Source of the DNA: a virus
DNA: 64,000 nt
Strand: one strand, 5' to 3'
Virus record (IMG/VR): IMGVR_UViG_3300010361_000003
Location: 5,470 to 69,469 of that record
The notes beneath the pieces are model-generated. The model was not told the DNA's origin, did not search any database, and was given only the letters and a program-made list of their open reading frames with translations. Below are positions 55,582-64,000 of the stretch, piece by piece. The stretch's first letter is position 1, and the number at the start of each line of letters is the position of its first letter. A program made the translations under genes and the position numbers.

Positions 55582-57753
55582 CTAAGGCTGCGTAAACGGC
55601 GTCCCAGCGTCAAAGCGCGCCTTGGCTGGAAGTCCCGAGCAGGTGCCGCCGCAACCGCTTTGTATCGGCGTCGTCCCGTTCTCCGGTGTCACCCACGGCC
55701 AGGATGGATAGTTCGCGGTGAAAAAGGCTGGCTTGGCGGACACATAAAGCGAGTTCGGCAAGCTGTTGGAGTAGCCCGCGGCCCAATCGGGCACGGCACC
55801 GTTTACGTAGTCATAATTGCCGTTGCGGAAGATGAAAGCCGGGCTGGCGGCGGCGGTCAAATTGTGATCAGGGCCGGGCCATTCGCTACCCACCCATCCG
55901 CTCATCCAGATACACTTGTTCGAAGGCACGCACTGATATACCCATCCATTAGCGCTCGTTGTTACTCCTGACAGGCCAAGCACGTTGCCGACGTAGGCCA
56001 GCCAATAGTCGAACGCCATGGGTCCCGCAGCACGCAGCGGCGCACACTGGGTGACCGGAGGCGAGGCGCCACCACCCTGCCCCCAACATCCGTTAGCGAC
56101 AGAGTCGTTGACCGTATGAGCTTGGCTCGGATCGGTGAAGGTCGCCCGAATGCCCCTACAGTGGTTGCGGAAATAGGTGTGATAAATGGCATTGCCGTGG
56201 GTCTCGTCGTTGTCGCAGTTCGACGCTTCGTTGCCTTCAAACAGAAAGTGGTGGGTGCCAGCGTAGTGCGAGCCGTTTACCCCCATGTCCATCCAATAGT
56301 CGCCGATAACGGACTGCATATAGAAGGTGTCATCGACGTAATTGTAGGCGACCACGTTAGCAGGGGCAGCGCGACCCACCATACCTTTGCCACCGCGTAC
56401 AATGATGTTGTTCTGAGCGAGGTTCTCGGTGGATGCCATACTAATATCAAATGGATATTCGGCGCCATTGTTCTCGCAGTCTGTGCAGTCGTGGAAGTAA
56501 TTAGCCTCGACTTGGTTACGCGCGGAGAACAAGATATCAACTGCTCCGGCAATCCAGTTGCCGACTTCGACATTCGTCACCCAAGAATTAGCGGCGAACT
56601 GCAGATGGACGCCGCCATTCGCTGGCTTGGTGATCGATAAGTTCTCGACCCCTGCTTGACTGACAAAGGGATTGGCTGCACCGCCGCTTTGTACAGTCGG
56701 CCAATATACCTGCGCGTTGTGGGAGCCACTCTGGCGGAAGGCCAGACTAAGTGGACTATCGAATGTCAGGGTGCAAGCAGCACCCGGGCATGGCCCCGCG
56801 CCAATCGCCGTGACGAGGTGAATTTCCTGGTTTACTCGATTGGGGGCGAAGCTGTAATTGCTCGACGCGTCGGGATTGGCGAGCCGCATCGTGGCAGGGG
56901 AGCTTGTAGAATTAAGAAACTCGGACGATGCCTGAATGTTGGCGCCGCCCGTCGGATTTGCGGTCGACACCATCTGCGGATCCTCATCAATTAGCACCCA
57001 TCCGCCAACCGAGAAGTTCGTCGTCGAATGAACTTGGACTGTGGTGGCGCCCTGAGCTGCGTCTGCATCGATGGTGGTGCCACAGCCAGTCGGTGTCGAT
57101 CCAAAGCCGCAACCGGCCCAGGCCCAATTGTAAACCGACGACGGCGAGATCAGTATGGCCCCGGTGGGAGCGGAGCACGGGACCAAGTGCGCCGTGTCCA
57201 CACCGCAGTTAGTCCCAGCGGTTGTGCTCGATATGCTCCAATCCGGAATGGCGCCATTATAGACGTTTAGGACGGTAGGCCAGCATGGCGCGCCGCCTGG
57301 AGTGCCGCACGTGTTTGTTGGGCTACCGGAACCACGCAGCGTAACGCCTTTGTTCAGCAAGATATATTCGGACTGGTCTATTTGAAAGGTGCCGGCAGCG
57401 AGCTGAACAACTTGACCAGCGGTGCATACACTGATCGCTGCATTGATCTTTGCCGCATCATCGTTAGCGACGGGTGGCGTGAGCCCGCTAGGAGTGACCG
57501 TCGCATTGCACTGTGTCGTTCGGTTGGGAATGCCGCCGAGCGACAAAAGCCCCACCTTTTGCCAATTCGCACTGACGTTGTTTACAGCTGGCAGAACTAA
57601 GGATGGTGGTGGTCCCCCGCCGCCGGGGCTCGCCATTGTCATCATGCCGTTCCCGCCCCATGGCTGGGCCGCTGCGGCAAGCGGTGTCAGAAGCGCCAGG
57701 ATAATCAGATAGCAAAGCCGGTGCTTAGCGGCGCTGCTGGCCGTAAAATTCAT
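55582..57753 (-). CDS. Exported right-handed beta-helix (pectate-lyase-like/depolymerase) protein
   Basis: Leader ending AAA|QPWGG; DDA..INAAI..C..GQVVQL.AGTF, GVTLRGSG, GVENL, Asn-ladder repeats. Confidence 0.75.
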   Translation of the reverse strand: MNFTASSAAKHRLCYLIILALLTPLAAAAQPWGGNGMMTMASPGGGGPPPSLVLPAVNNVSANWQKVGLLSLGGIPNRTTQCNATVTPSGLTPPVANDDAAKINAAISVCTAGQVVQLAAGTFQIDQSEYILLNKGVTLRGSGSPTNTCGTPGGAPCWPTVLNVYNGAIPDWSISSTTAGTNCGVDTAHLVPCSAPTGAILISPSSVYNWAWAGCGFGSTPTGCGTTIDADAAQGATTVQVHSTTNFSVGGWVLIDEDPQMVSTANPTGGANIQASSEFLNSTSSPATMRLANPDASSNYSFAPNRVNQEIHLVTAIGAGPCPGAACTLTFDSPLSLAFRQSGSHNAQVYWPTVQSGGAANPFVSQAGVENLSITKPANGGVHLQFAANSWVTNVEVGNWIAGAVDILFSARNQVEANYFHDCTDCENNGAEYPFDISMASTENLAQNNIIVRGGKGMVGRAAPANVVAYNYVDDTFYMQSVIGDYWMDMGVNGSHYAGTHHFLFEGNEASNCDNDETHGNAIYHTYFRNHCRGIRATFTDPSQAHTVNDSVANGCWGQGGGASPPVTQCAPLRAAGPMAFDYWLAYVGNVLGLSGVTTSANGWVYQCVPSNKCIWMSGWVGSEWPGPDHNLTAAASPAFIFRNGNYDYVNGAVPDWAAGYSNSLPNSLYVSAKPAFFTANYPSWPWVTPENGTTPIQSGCGGTCSGLPAKARFDAGTPFTQP

Positions 57754-57769
57754 TGTGCATCTTCCGCTC

Positions 57770-58144
57770 TTAGCGATACCAGTAAGTGAAACTGCCGTAT
57801 TCGACGGTCGAATAATCGGTTTGTAGCTCGCGGGCGGCTTGTTCCCAATCAATGCAAGAGAACGGCCATTTTGCGCCACCGATCTCTCTTCCGTAGAGCT
57901 CATCAGCCAATTCCTCAGCATACTTTTGGAAATAGCTGTCTTCGATCAGTGCGCCGGGGTACCAGTCACCGCGCCATTGGTGATCCCCACCATAGCCTTT
58001 AAGCGACCGTATAAGATTGGCAAGCGCCTCATATTCTTCCTCGTCGCCTTCGTCGCGCTCCTCTTGGTCTTCAAGCTCTTCAAACCGATCGGTGATATCC
58101 CGCATGTCGAGGAGATCTTCACCGCTTTCTGTCATGCGTGTCAT
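57770..58144 (-). CDS. Acidic ArdA-like antirestriction (DNA mimic) candidate
   Basis: Very acidic; F..YAEEL.D, IDWE..AREL..DY C-terminal pattern like the ArdA C-terminal domain. Confidence 0.5.
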   Translation of the reverse strand: MTRMTESGEDLLDMRDITDRFEELEDQEERDEGDEEEYEALANLIRSLKGYGGDHQWRGDWYPGALIEDSYFQKYAEELADELYGREIGGAKWPFSCIDWEQAARELQTDYSTVEYGSFTYWYR

Positions 58145-58159
58145 CTCCGGACTCCTCCG

Positions 58160-58369
58160 CTATGAATGGTAGGCTTGATCAAGGTGGGCTATGTCGTCGT
58201 ACGTCAGCGTCAGCATATACACATAGCCATCAGCGCCCTCAACCGTCAGACCGACAGTCCGTGCGCCCGTGTCACTATCAACGAGCGGCCGAATAGTGCT
58301 GCAATGCTCTAGGTTGGTGTAAACAATCTGTCTGCGCTTGCCGAAAGGCTTGCTCTTTAATAGTTTCAT
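58160..58369 (-). CDS. Small early hypothetical protein
   Basis: Preceded by the repeated RBS element. Confidence 0.6.
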   Translation of the reverse strand: MKLLKSKPFGKRRQIVYTNLEHCSTIRPLVDSDTGARTVGLTVEGADGYVYMLTLTYDDIAHLDQAYHS

Positions 58370-58415
58370 CTCCGGACTCCTCCGCTCTTAGGGTGCAAGG
58401 GCGCACGCTGCGTCC

Positions 58416-58703
58416 TTATTCAGTGGGGCAAATCGGCACGTGCCGACAAGCGTGCCATAACAGGGTGCGCAAATGCGAGCGCGGGACCGCCGACACGTTG
58501 GTTCCCTGCGCGGGAAACGCGATTACGTCGCAACCCGGTATCGTCTCGTCGCTGATGACGAGCTTACCAGCCTGCGCGCCCTTGCTCGGGATCGCGAATA
58601 GCGCCAAATCCGACCGATAGCCTTGCTTGCGAAAGAGCGCGTCAAGTTCTGCGCTAATCGCTTTGTGTTGCTCGTCGATCCAGCCGCTATAGGTGAATGT
58701 CAT
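58416..58703 (-). CDS. Small early hypothetical protein
   Basis: MTFTYSGW start preceded by the repeated RBS element. Confidence 0.6.
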   Translation of the reverse strand: MTFTYSGWIDEQHKAISAELDALFRKQGYRSDLALFAIPSKGAQAGKLVISDETIPGCDVIAFPAQGTNVSAVPRSHLRTLLWHACRHVPICPTE

Positions 58704-58749
58704 GCTCCGGACTCCTCCGCTTTCACCGGCATTGCACCAGCTCACCTCT

Positions 58750-58778
58750 AACGTAAGAACACACGACGTGAATGTCAA
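58750..58778 (-). promoter_or_regulatory. Sigma70-type early promoter
   Basis: Minus strand TTGACA-17 nt-TACGTT upstream of the leftward cassette. Confidence 0.65.
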
Positions 58779-58779
58779 C

Positions 58780-59940
58780 CCCTAAATCGCAGCACAACGC
58801 AAATCAAACCGACGAGCCCAACCCGCTCATCCCCGTGCACCAACACCCTAACTCCTCTATCCTCACACCCTTCACACATACGCACAACCCCTCACGCTCG
58901 CAAAACCTCACACCTAAACACCGCGCGCCAAGCCTATCCGCACACCCACACAACATTCTCATCCTCCTCATCCCCTTAAACTCCTATCCCCTTACCCTCA
59001 ACACACACTTCCGCGCGCACACACAGTGAACTCAAAGCCACGCCACATCCCTAATCTCAGGCGGAGACGGTTCAAAATCGGCAGACTGCGCACATTGTGC
59101 GTCCGCACGTGCTACATAAGCGTGCTACATGCCTAAAATGCGCAAATTGGCGGATATATCCTCCGCCTCACTGCGGTAAATACAATAATGCTGTCAAAGG
59201 CTTAGAAATGGCCTAATGACCCATCCCACACTATTGACCATCCTCACGTGAGGCAATGCCTCGACCCATTACCTGCCTACCCCCTCCCCGGCTTGGGGGC
59301 GCCGGCCTCGAAGATGGCCGCTACCTCGCACTCATCTCGGGGCGGGTTTTTGCCGGAAATTTTTCTGGGAATTTTGGGGGTGATCGGGGCTTGCCGTTAC
59401 ACAACATGATATGATAGGGGGGGAGATTACATAAGAGGGAATGAGATGAAGGCGCCTGTATGTCGGTTATGTGGAGTGGCGCATTGGTCATTTGAGGGGC
59501 ACCGATTTGGGGGTATCCGGGAGCAGACTGCGCCGCCACCGGCGGTGGCATCTGTTGAGATTTTGCGTCCCCGTGCGGAGTCGGCGCGGTCTGGGGTTCG
59601 GGAGAAGGCGGCGGTATTGTATGCGCCGAAGGGTGAGTGTGGATTTTGCGACGCGCGTCGGGATTATGCGCGGGATGCGATGCGGCGTCGCCGTCGGCGG
59701 GGTTGAGATGAGGGCGCCGCGGTGTGAGGAGTGTGGGAAGGGGCACTGGGGCTGGCAGCGGCATCGGTGGCGGGAGGATCGCGGGGACGGGGAAGGGGTA
59801 GGGGGAGAGCGACGTGAGCAGGGGGTAGGGAATGAGCAGCGGTATCCGGTATTGCGGGGGAGGCCGCGGAAGATGAGGGGGAAGGAGAAGGGAAGATGAG
59901 GGAAGAGCGCCGGCTGGCACACTGGAAGCTGATGCGTGAC
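58780..59940. other. Strand-skewed region, putative genome end/packaging site
   Basis: G-poor A/C-rich + strand at 58780-59040, C-poor G-rich + strand at about 59370-59940; core has a CGTGCTACAT direct repeat and C/G/T/A runs. Confidence 0.5.
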
Positions 59941-60489
59941 GCATGGGAGCGCTGGAACAATCTAACCCTCGCGCACGAAGAACAGGGTTTCAACGGCCCC
60001 AACCCCTTTCCCAACACCTGAGCAAACCCCCGATGACAGTAGACGGCATCCAGGCAATCGTCGACCACGTCGTGAAGGCGCTTCTTGCGGCACTCCACGA
60101 ACGCGGATGTGTGGCCTTGGATGAAGAGGAAATTGAGAAAGTGGAAGCTGTGATTATCAGATCGCTCGCCAAGAGCGGCGTGCTCAACTAGGTGCGGCGA
60201 TGCCCTGCATGACGACTGACCAGACACAAACGACCAAAAATGCCGCTCAAATCTGGGCTGATGCGATCCGCAAGACTGGCATATGGATGTCTCCGTTCGC
60301 GGACAACGTTGCCGAGCTGGGCCGGCTAATCATTCCTCAAATGCAAGCGCTGGCGGACACGGAGTATCATCGCGGCATTGATGAAGCACGAGAGGTCACG
60401 CTATCGATCCTCGACGAAGAGGGATGGTTAGGGCGTGCGCGGGAAAGGATCGCCAAGCGAGGCCGGGCCGGCGATTGAGGGGGTCGTGC

Positions 60490-60972
60490 ATGACTGAAAC
60501 GACGGAATTGCGGGAGCAGGCTCAGCGGATGGCGGATGCGCTGGGGATTGCGTTTTATGTGCGGGACGGGCGGATTTATCAGGGGCCGCCGGGGGATCGG
60601 GTTGAGCCGCATGTGAGTGCTGGTGTGCCGCACGGGTTTGGCCCGGTGGTTCCGGTCGCCTGTGAGGTTGATCCGGTGGTGCGGCGGACCTTTGCGGTGC
60701 TGCGGGCGCGGGGGCTGATCAGGCGCAAGGCGGCGGTGCGGTACCGGCCGCCGGAGACGCCGGAGAAAGCAGTTGAAATGTCGGCTGAGTTGGGGATGTC
60801 GCCGGAAATGCTGTGCGCTGATCTTTTGGGCAAAGCCGAGGTCACCGTACTTGAGGCGATCTGCCCGATTTGCATTGCGAAGAACCACGGGATCTGCGCG
60901 CTGCCGGAGGATTGTCCGGAGCGTAAGGGGTGGCGGGCGATTGGCAGGCCCTTGCCGGAAGACCAGACATGA
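60490..60972 (+). CDS. Hypothetical protein
   Basis: GAGGGGG RBS; C-terminal Cys cluster. Confidence 0.45.
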   Translation: MTETTELREQAQRMADALGIAFYVRDGRIYQGPPGDRVEPHVSAGVPHGFGPVVPVACEVDPVVRRTFAVLRARGLIRRKAAVRYRPPETPEKAVEMSAELGMSPEMLCADLLGKAEVTVLEAICPICIAKNHGICALPEDCPERKGWRAIGRPLPEDQT

Positions 60973-61149
60973 TCTTCCGCGCGATCTACCGGGACGGGGT
61001 GTCTAAGAAGAAGGAAGTGACCTTTGAGGCCGCTGATCTCGGGGCGGCGATCAATATCGTGGCGACGACGCAGGAGGTGCCGGCGGGGGCGAGTGCTGTG
61101 CGGGTCTTCCCTTATCGCAGCATCCACGAGATCTTTGGGGCCAGGCGTA

Positions 61150-61575
61150 ATGTCAAAAACCCGCAAGCTTAGCGTGCGCCGGCTTCATGCCGAAGGGCAG
61201 GGGGTGTGGCAGCTTGAGGCGTTTGACGCGCCGGCGGTTTTGGCCCTGGCTCTGGTGGCGCGGATCGGTTGGGATCGGCGGGCGGCAAAGATGCTGGGAG
61301 CTCTGGAGCACAGCATGCGCCAGCTGCTTTTGGCAAAGCGCGAACTCTTGTGTCTGACCTGTGATCAGCAGTTTTCGGCGGCGGCACTGCCGGTGCTGTG
61401 GCTGGTGCTCACCCCCTATTGCGATAATCCCTCGGAAGCCATAGTTCATGCGCTGTGCGGGGCGTGCAATGGTCATCCCTCCCGCGAGGACCGGATTATC
61501 GAGAAATTGCGCAATTCGCTGATCTCCGATCTCAAGATCATGCCGCCGCCGCATCGCGAACCGGGGCATGCGTGA
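61150..61575 (+). CDS. Zn-finger-like hypothetical protein
   Basis: CLTC...LCGAC pairs; coupled to neighbours. Confidence 0.45.
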   Translation: MSKTRKLSVRRLHAEGQGVWQLEAFDAPAVLALALVARIGWDRRAAKMLGALEHSMRQLLLAKRELLCLTCDQQFSAAALPVLWLVLTPYCDNPSEAIVHALCGACNGHPSREDRIIEKLRNSLISDLKIMPPPHREPGHA

Positions 61576-61751
61576 AAAAGCCCAAGGCTGAGGTCGATTA
61601 CTCGCGCGGGCACCCGAACTCACGGTGCGGGCTGTGCCGGTATTTCATTGGCAGCCGGGAGAATTGCGAGCTGGTGTCGGTGGCGGGGTCGCCGACGCCG
61701 GGGCGGATCGATCCGCAGTATTGGTGTCGGCTGTTTAAGAGGGCGGGATGA
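61572..61751 (+). CDS. HiPIP-like small Cys4 protein
   Basis: V.Y....C..C.YF....C.LV...G.I.P..WC..F pattern of high-potential iron-sulfur proteins. Confidence 0.55.
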   Translation: MKKPKAEVDYSRGHPNSRCGLCRYFIGSRENCELVSVAGSPTPGRIDPQYWCRLFKRAG

Positions 61752-61999
61752 AGCACACCGAATTTGTGCGCACGGTGATCGAGCGGGAGTTGTTCCGGCA
61801 AGCCGAAGAGCGTGGATATCCGGTTTTGTGGGTGCCGGAGAAGGTCCGCGTCTTTGACGGGTGCCAATATATAAAGGTATCGGGTGAGATCAATCTCGAC
61901 GATCTCGCCAAGCGGCTGAGCGGCGAGGCGGTTCCGGCAGAGGAGACCCGATGTCCGAATTGCGGGCATGAATTTCACACCGATTGGCAGACCGGGTGA
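61748..61999 (+). CDS. Hypothetical protein with C-terminal zinc-ribbon-like CPNCGHEF
   Basis: Coupled ORF. Confidence 0.45.
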   Translation: MKHTEFVRTVIERELFRQAEERGYPVLWVPEKVRVFDGCQYIKVSGEINLDDLAKRLSGEAVPAEETRCPNCGHEFHTDWQTG

Positions 62000-62650
62000 G
62001 CGAGTGGGTCGAGAGTCTGCCGCGATCGGTTGCCCGGGCGCAGCGGCGGTGGGAGCGGTCGCGGCGGATACGGCATGCGCGTTGGCGCGGGGCGACCTAT
62101 ACGGCCATCGCGCGTCAGCTGGGAATATCTATAACGCGGGCGCAGCAGCTGGGGACCTACCGGGACTGCCCGTCGCCGGCGGCGTTGTGGCTATCGCGGC
62201 CGATCGTTCTGGATAGTCGTGAAGAGGCGCGCAGGCTCTATGCGATTTTGGACGGCTTGTACCCGTGTTTGGTTTGGGACCGGGCCGGGGATTGTCCGTG
62301 GCTGTTTTATTCGAGGCCCTGGTGAGCACGCAGATGCGCGAGGCGCTGATCCTCGGGTTCGGGACCGCCGCGGTGCTCGGTCTGGCGGCGGTGGGGGTGT
62401 GGGCGATGCTGCGGTGGCTTTAGATGAGAAGCCGTCCACGCAAACATTCAGACCCCTGTCGGTGCGAGCATATTGGGTCCCGACGATGCGCTTCCGCGCC
62501 TAAGGAATGATACAAAAGTCATGAAGGAAATGGGGTTGTCGAACTGGCGCTTTGATCTCTGCGAGGCCTATCCCTCTCAACTCGGCTAATTTATTTTGTA
62601 GATATATCTGATGTTTGCCATCACGCGCGCGGCGCAGATTTGTCTGCGCG

Positions 62651-64000
62651 ATGCGCAGCCGTTCCGCCCACAATTCAGAGCGCCACAAGCGCGCCTTTAT
62701 CAAATGGTGGGAAGAGCCGCCGACAATGGTGCGCGAGCTCTTTGGCGCCGACCCGGACGGCTGGCAGGATCGCGTGCTCGCCGATTTCCCGAGTAGCCAA
62801 AAGCAGGCGCTCGTCGCGTGTAAAGGCCCGGGCAAGACCTGTGTCGAGGCGTGGCTCGCGTGGAACTATCTGTTGACCCGCCCGCATGCACAGATCGCTG
62901 CGACCTCGATCACCGGACAAAATTTGCAGGACGGGCTGTGGAAGGAGATGGCGCACTGGCGCAACAAATCCGAGCTTTTAAAGTCGATGTTTGAGTGGCA
63001 GCGCAACCGCATCTATGCGCGGCAGAACCCCGAGACCTGGTTTATGTCGGCGCGCACCTGGGATCGCAAGGCGACCTCTGAGGTTCAGGCGCAGACCTTG
63101 GCCGGGTTTCATGCCGATTATGTGATGTTCATCCTTGATGAGACCGGCGGTATGCCCTTGGCGGTGATGGCGGCGGCCGAAGCGGCACTCGCGACCGGGA
63201 TCGAATGCCACATCATGCAGGCCGGCAACCCGACCCAGATCGGCGGCGCCCTGCACGCCTCGGTTACTCGAGGCCACGGCTGGCGCACCTATCACATCAC
63301 CGGCGACCCCGATGACCCCGACCGCGCTTCCCGGGTCGATGTCAAATGGGCGCGCGACATGATCGCCCAGTACGGGCGCGAATCACCTTATGTACTCGCC
63401 AACGTCTTTGGCCGCTTTCCGCCGGGCGGGATCAACCAGCTGATCCCCCTCGATGTCGTCGAGACCGCGACCCGCCGGCATTACCGCGATTTTGACCTGC
63501 GCGGCGCCCCGCGGATTCTCGGGGTTGATGTCGCCCGCGAGGGCGATGATTCGTCGATCATCTTTCCGCGCGAGGGGCTCGCCGCCTATCGCCCGCTGCA
63601 ATACCGCAACATCGATTCGCTGATCGGTGCCGGCGAGGTCTCGCGCAAATGGGACGAGTGGGAGGCTGATGCGTGCTTTATCGACGCCACCGGCGGGTTT
63701 GGCTGGGGCTGGATCGACCAATTAAAACGCCAGGGCTATGCGCCGATTCCAGTGCATTACAACGGCAATGCTCACTTAAAGGAGCGCTATTTTAACAAGC
63801 GTACCGAAATGGCGATGGAACTCAAAGGATGGCTCGAACGCGGCGGGGCGATCCCCGATATTCCCGAACTCTCGCGCGCCTTGACAGAAATCACCTATGG
63901 CTACAAGGAGAACACCGAGCAGATGATCCTTGAGCCCAAAAGCGATCTAAAGGACCGGCTCGGGTTTTCACCCGATCACATGGACGCGCTGATGCAGACC
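62651..64000 (+). CDS. terL: Terminase large subunit (3'-truncated; absent from the ORF track)
   Basis: Manual translation: WQ, Walker A ACKGPGKT, LAGFH, Walker B FILDE, GNP, nuclease GVDVAREGDD, IDATG, N.R.EM, SPD..DAL. Confidence 0.93.
   Translation, partial: MRSRSAHNSERHKRAFIKWWEEPPTMVRELFGADPDGWQDRVLADFPSSQKQALVACKGPGKTCVEAWLAWNYLLTRPHAQIAATSITGQNLQDGLWKEMAHWRNKSELLKSMFEWQRNRIYARQNPETWFMSARTWDRKATSEVQAQTLAGFHADYVMFILDETGGMPLAVMAAAEAALATGIECHIMQAGNPTQIGGALHASVTRGHGWRTYHITGDPDDPDRASRVDVKWARDMIAQYGRESPYVLANVFGRFPPGGINQLIPLDVVETATRRHYRDFDLRGAPRILGVDVAREGDDSSIIFPREGLAAYRPLQYRNIDSLIGAGEVSRKWDEWEADACFIDATGGFGWGWIDQLKRQGYAPIPVHYNGNAHLKERYFNKRTEMAMELKGWLERGGAIPDIPELSRALTEITYGYKENTEQMILEPKSDLKDRLGFSPDHMDALMQT

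Larger units (their letters stand above)
58145..58721 (-). repeat. Three copies of start-associated element AGCGGAGGAGTCCGGAG
   Basis: CTCCGGACTCCTCCGCT on the + strand at 58145-58161, 58370-58386 and 58705-58721, each next to a minus-strand ATG. Confidence 0.85.

Noticed and set aside
58145-58721. CRISPR-like array from the 17-bp repeats
   Set aside because: Repeats are too short, 200-320 bp apart, and each contains the RBS of a gene.
59321-59944. Pro-rich 207-aa minus-strand ORF, and 58772..59029 on the plus strand
   Set aside because: Composition follows directly from the strand skew; unlikely to be real proteins.
1-64000. Diversity-generating retroelement, as in BPP-1
   Set aside because: No reverse transcriptase motif in any ORF, and I saw no template/variable repeat pair with A-specific mismatches.

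Overview
The window is most of the genome of a high-GC tailed dsDNA phage with short-tail (podovirus) morphogenesis genes of the BPP-1/epsilon15/T7-tail type. The host is probably an alphaproteobacterium, since the phage carries GapR-like and SciP-like genes. Order: scaffold (5'-truncated), major capsid, cement/staple and many accessory proteins (1-11.4 kb); fibre-like protein, four adaptor paralogues, nozzle and ejection proteins (11.4-28.5 kb); fibre/glycanase cassette and lysis (29-39 kb); leftward recombination block with ERF and YqaJ (39-45 kb); rightward Cro/GapR/RuvC/AAA block (45-50 kb); peptide + Cys-rich protein + MFS island (50.5-52.6 kb); terS; a leftward early cassette; a strongly strand-skewed putative genome end (58.8-59.9 kb); and a 3'-truncated terL. 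I recognised no integrase, CI repressor, DNA polymerase, reverse transcriptase, tRNA or CRISPR array. Most notable: (1) the scaffold's C-terminal RR(E/Q)ALYG peptide recurs on five small proteins, suggesting a capsid cargo-loading tag; (2) about 14 fibre/adhesin-like proteins in the virion module carry Sec-type signal peptides, and three glycan-active proteins share a QPWGG mature N-terminus; (3) a RiPP-like island with a 4x R(F/Y)GGGGD repeat peptide. All family calls are motif recognition by eye; no searches were run.
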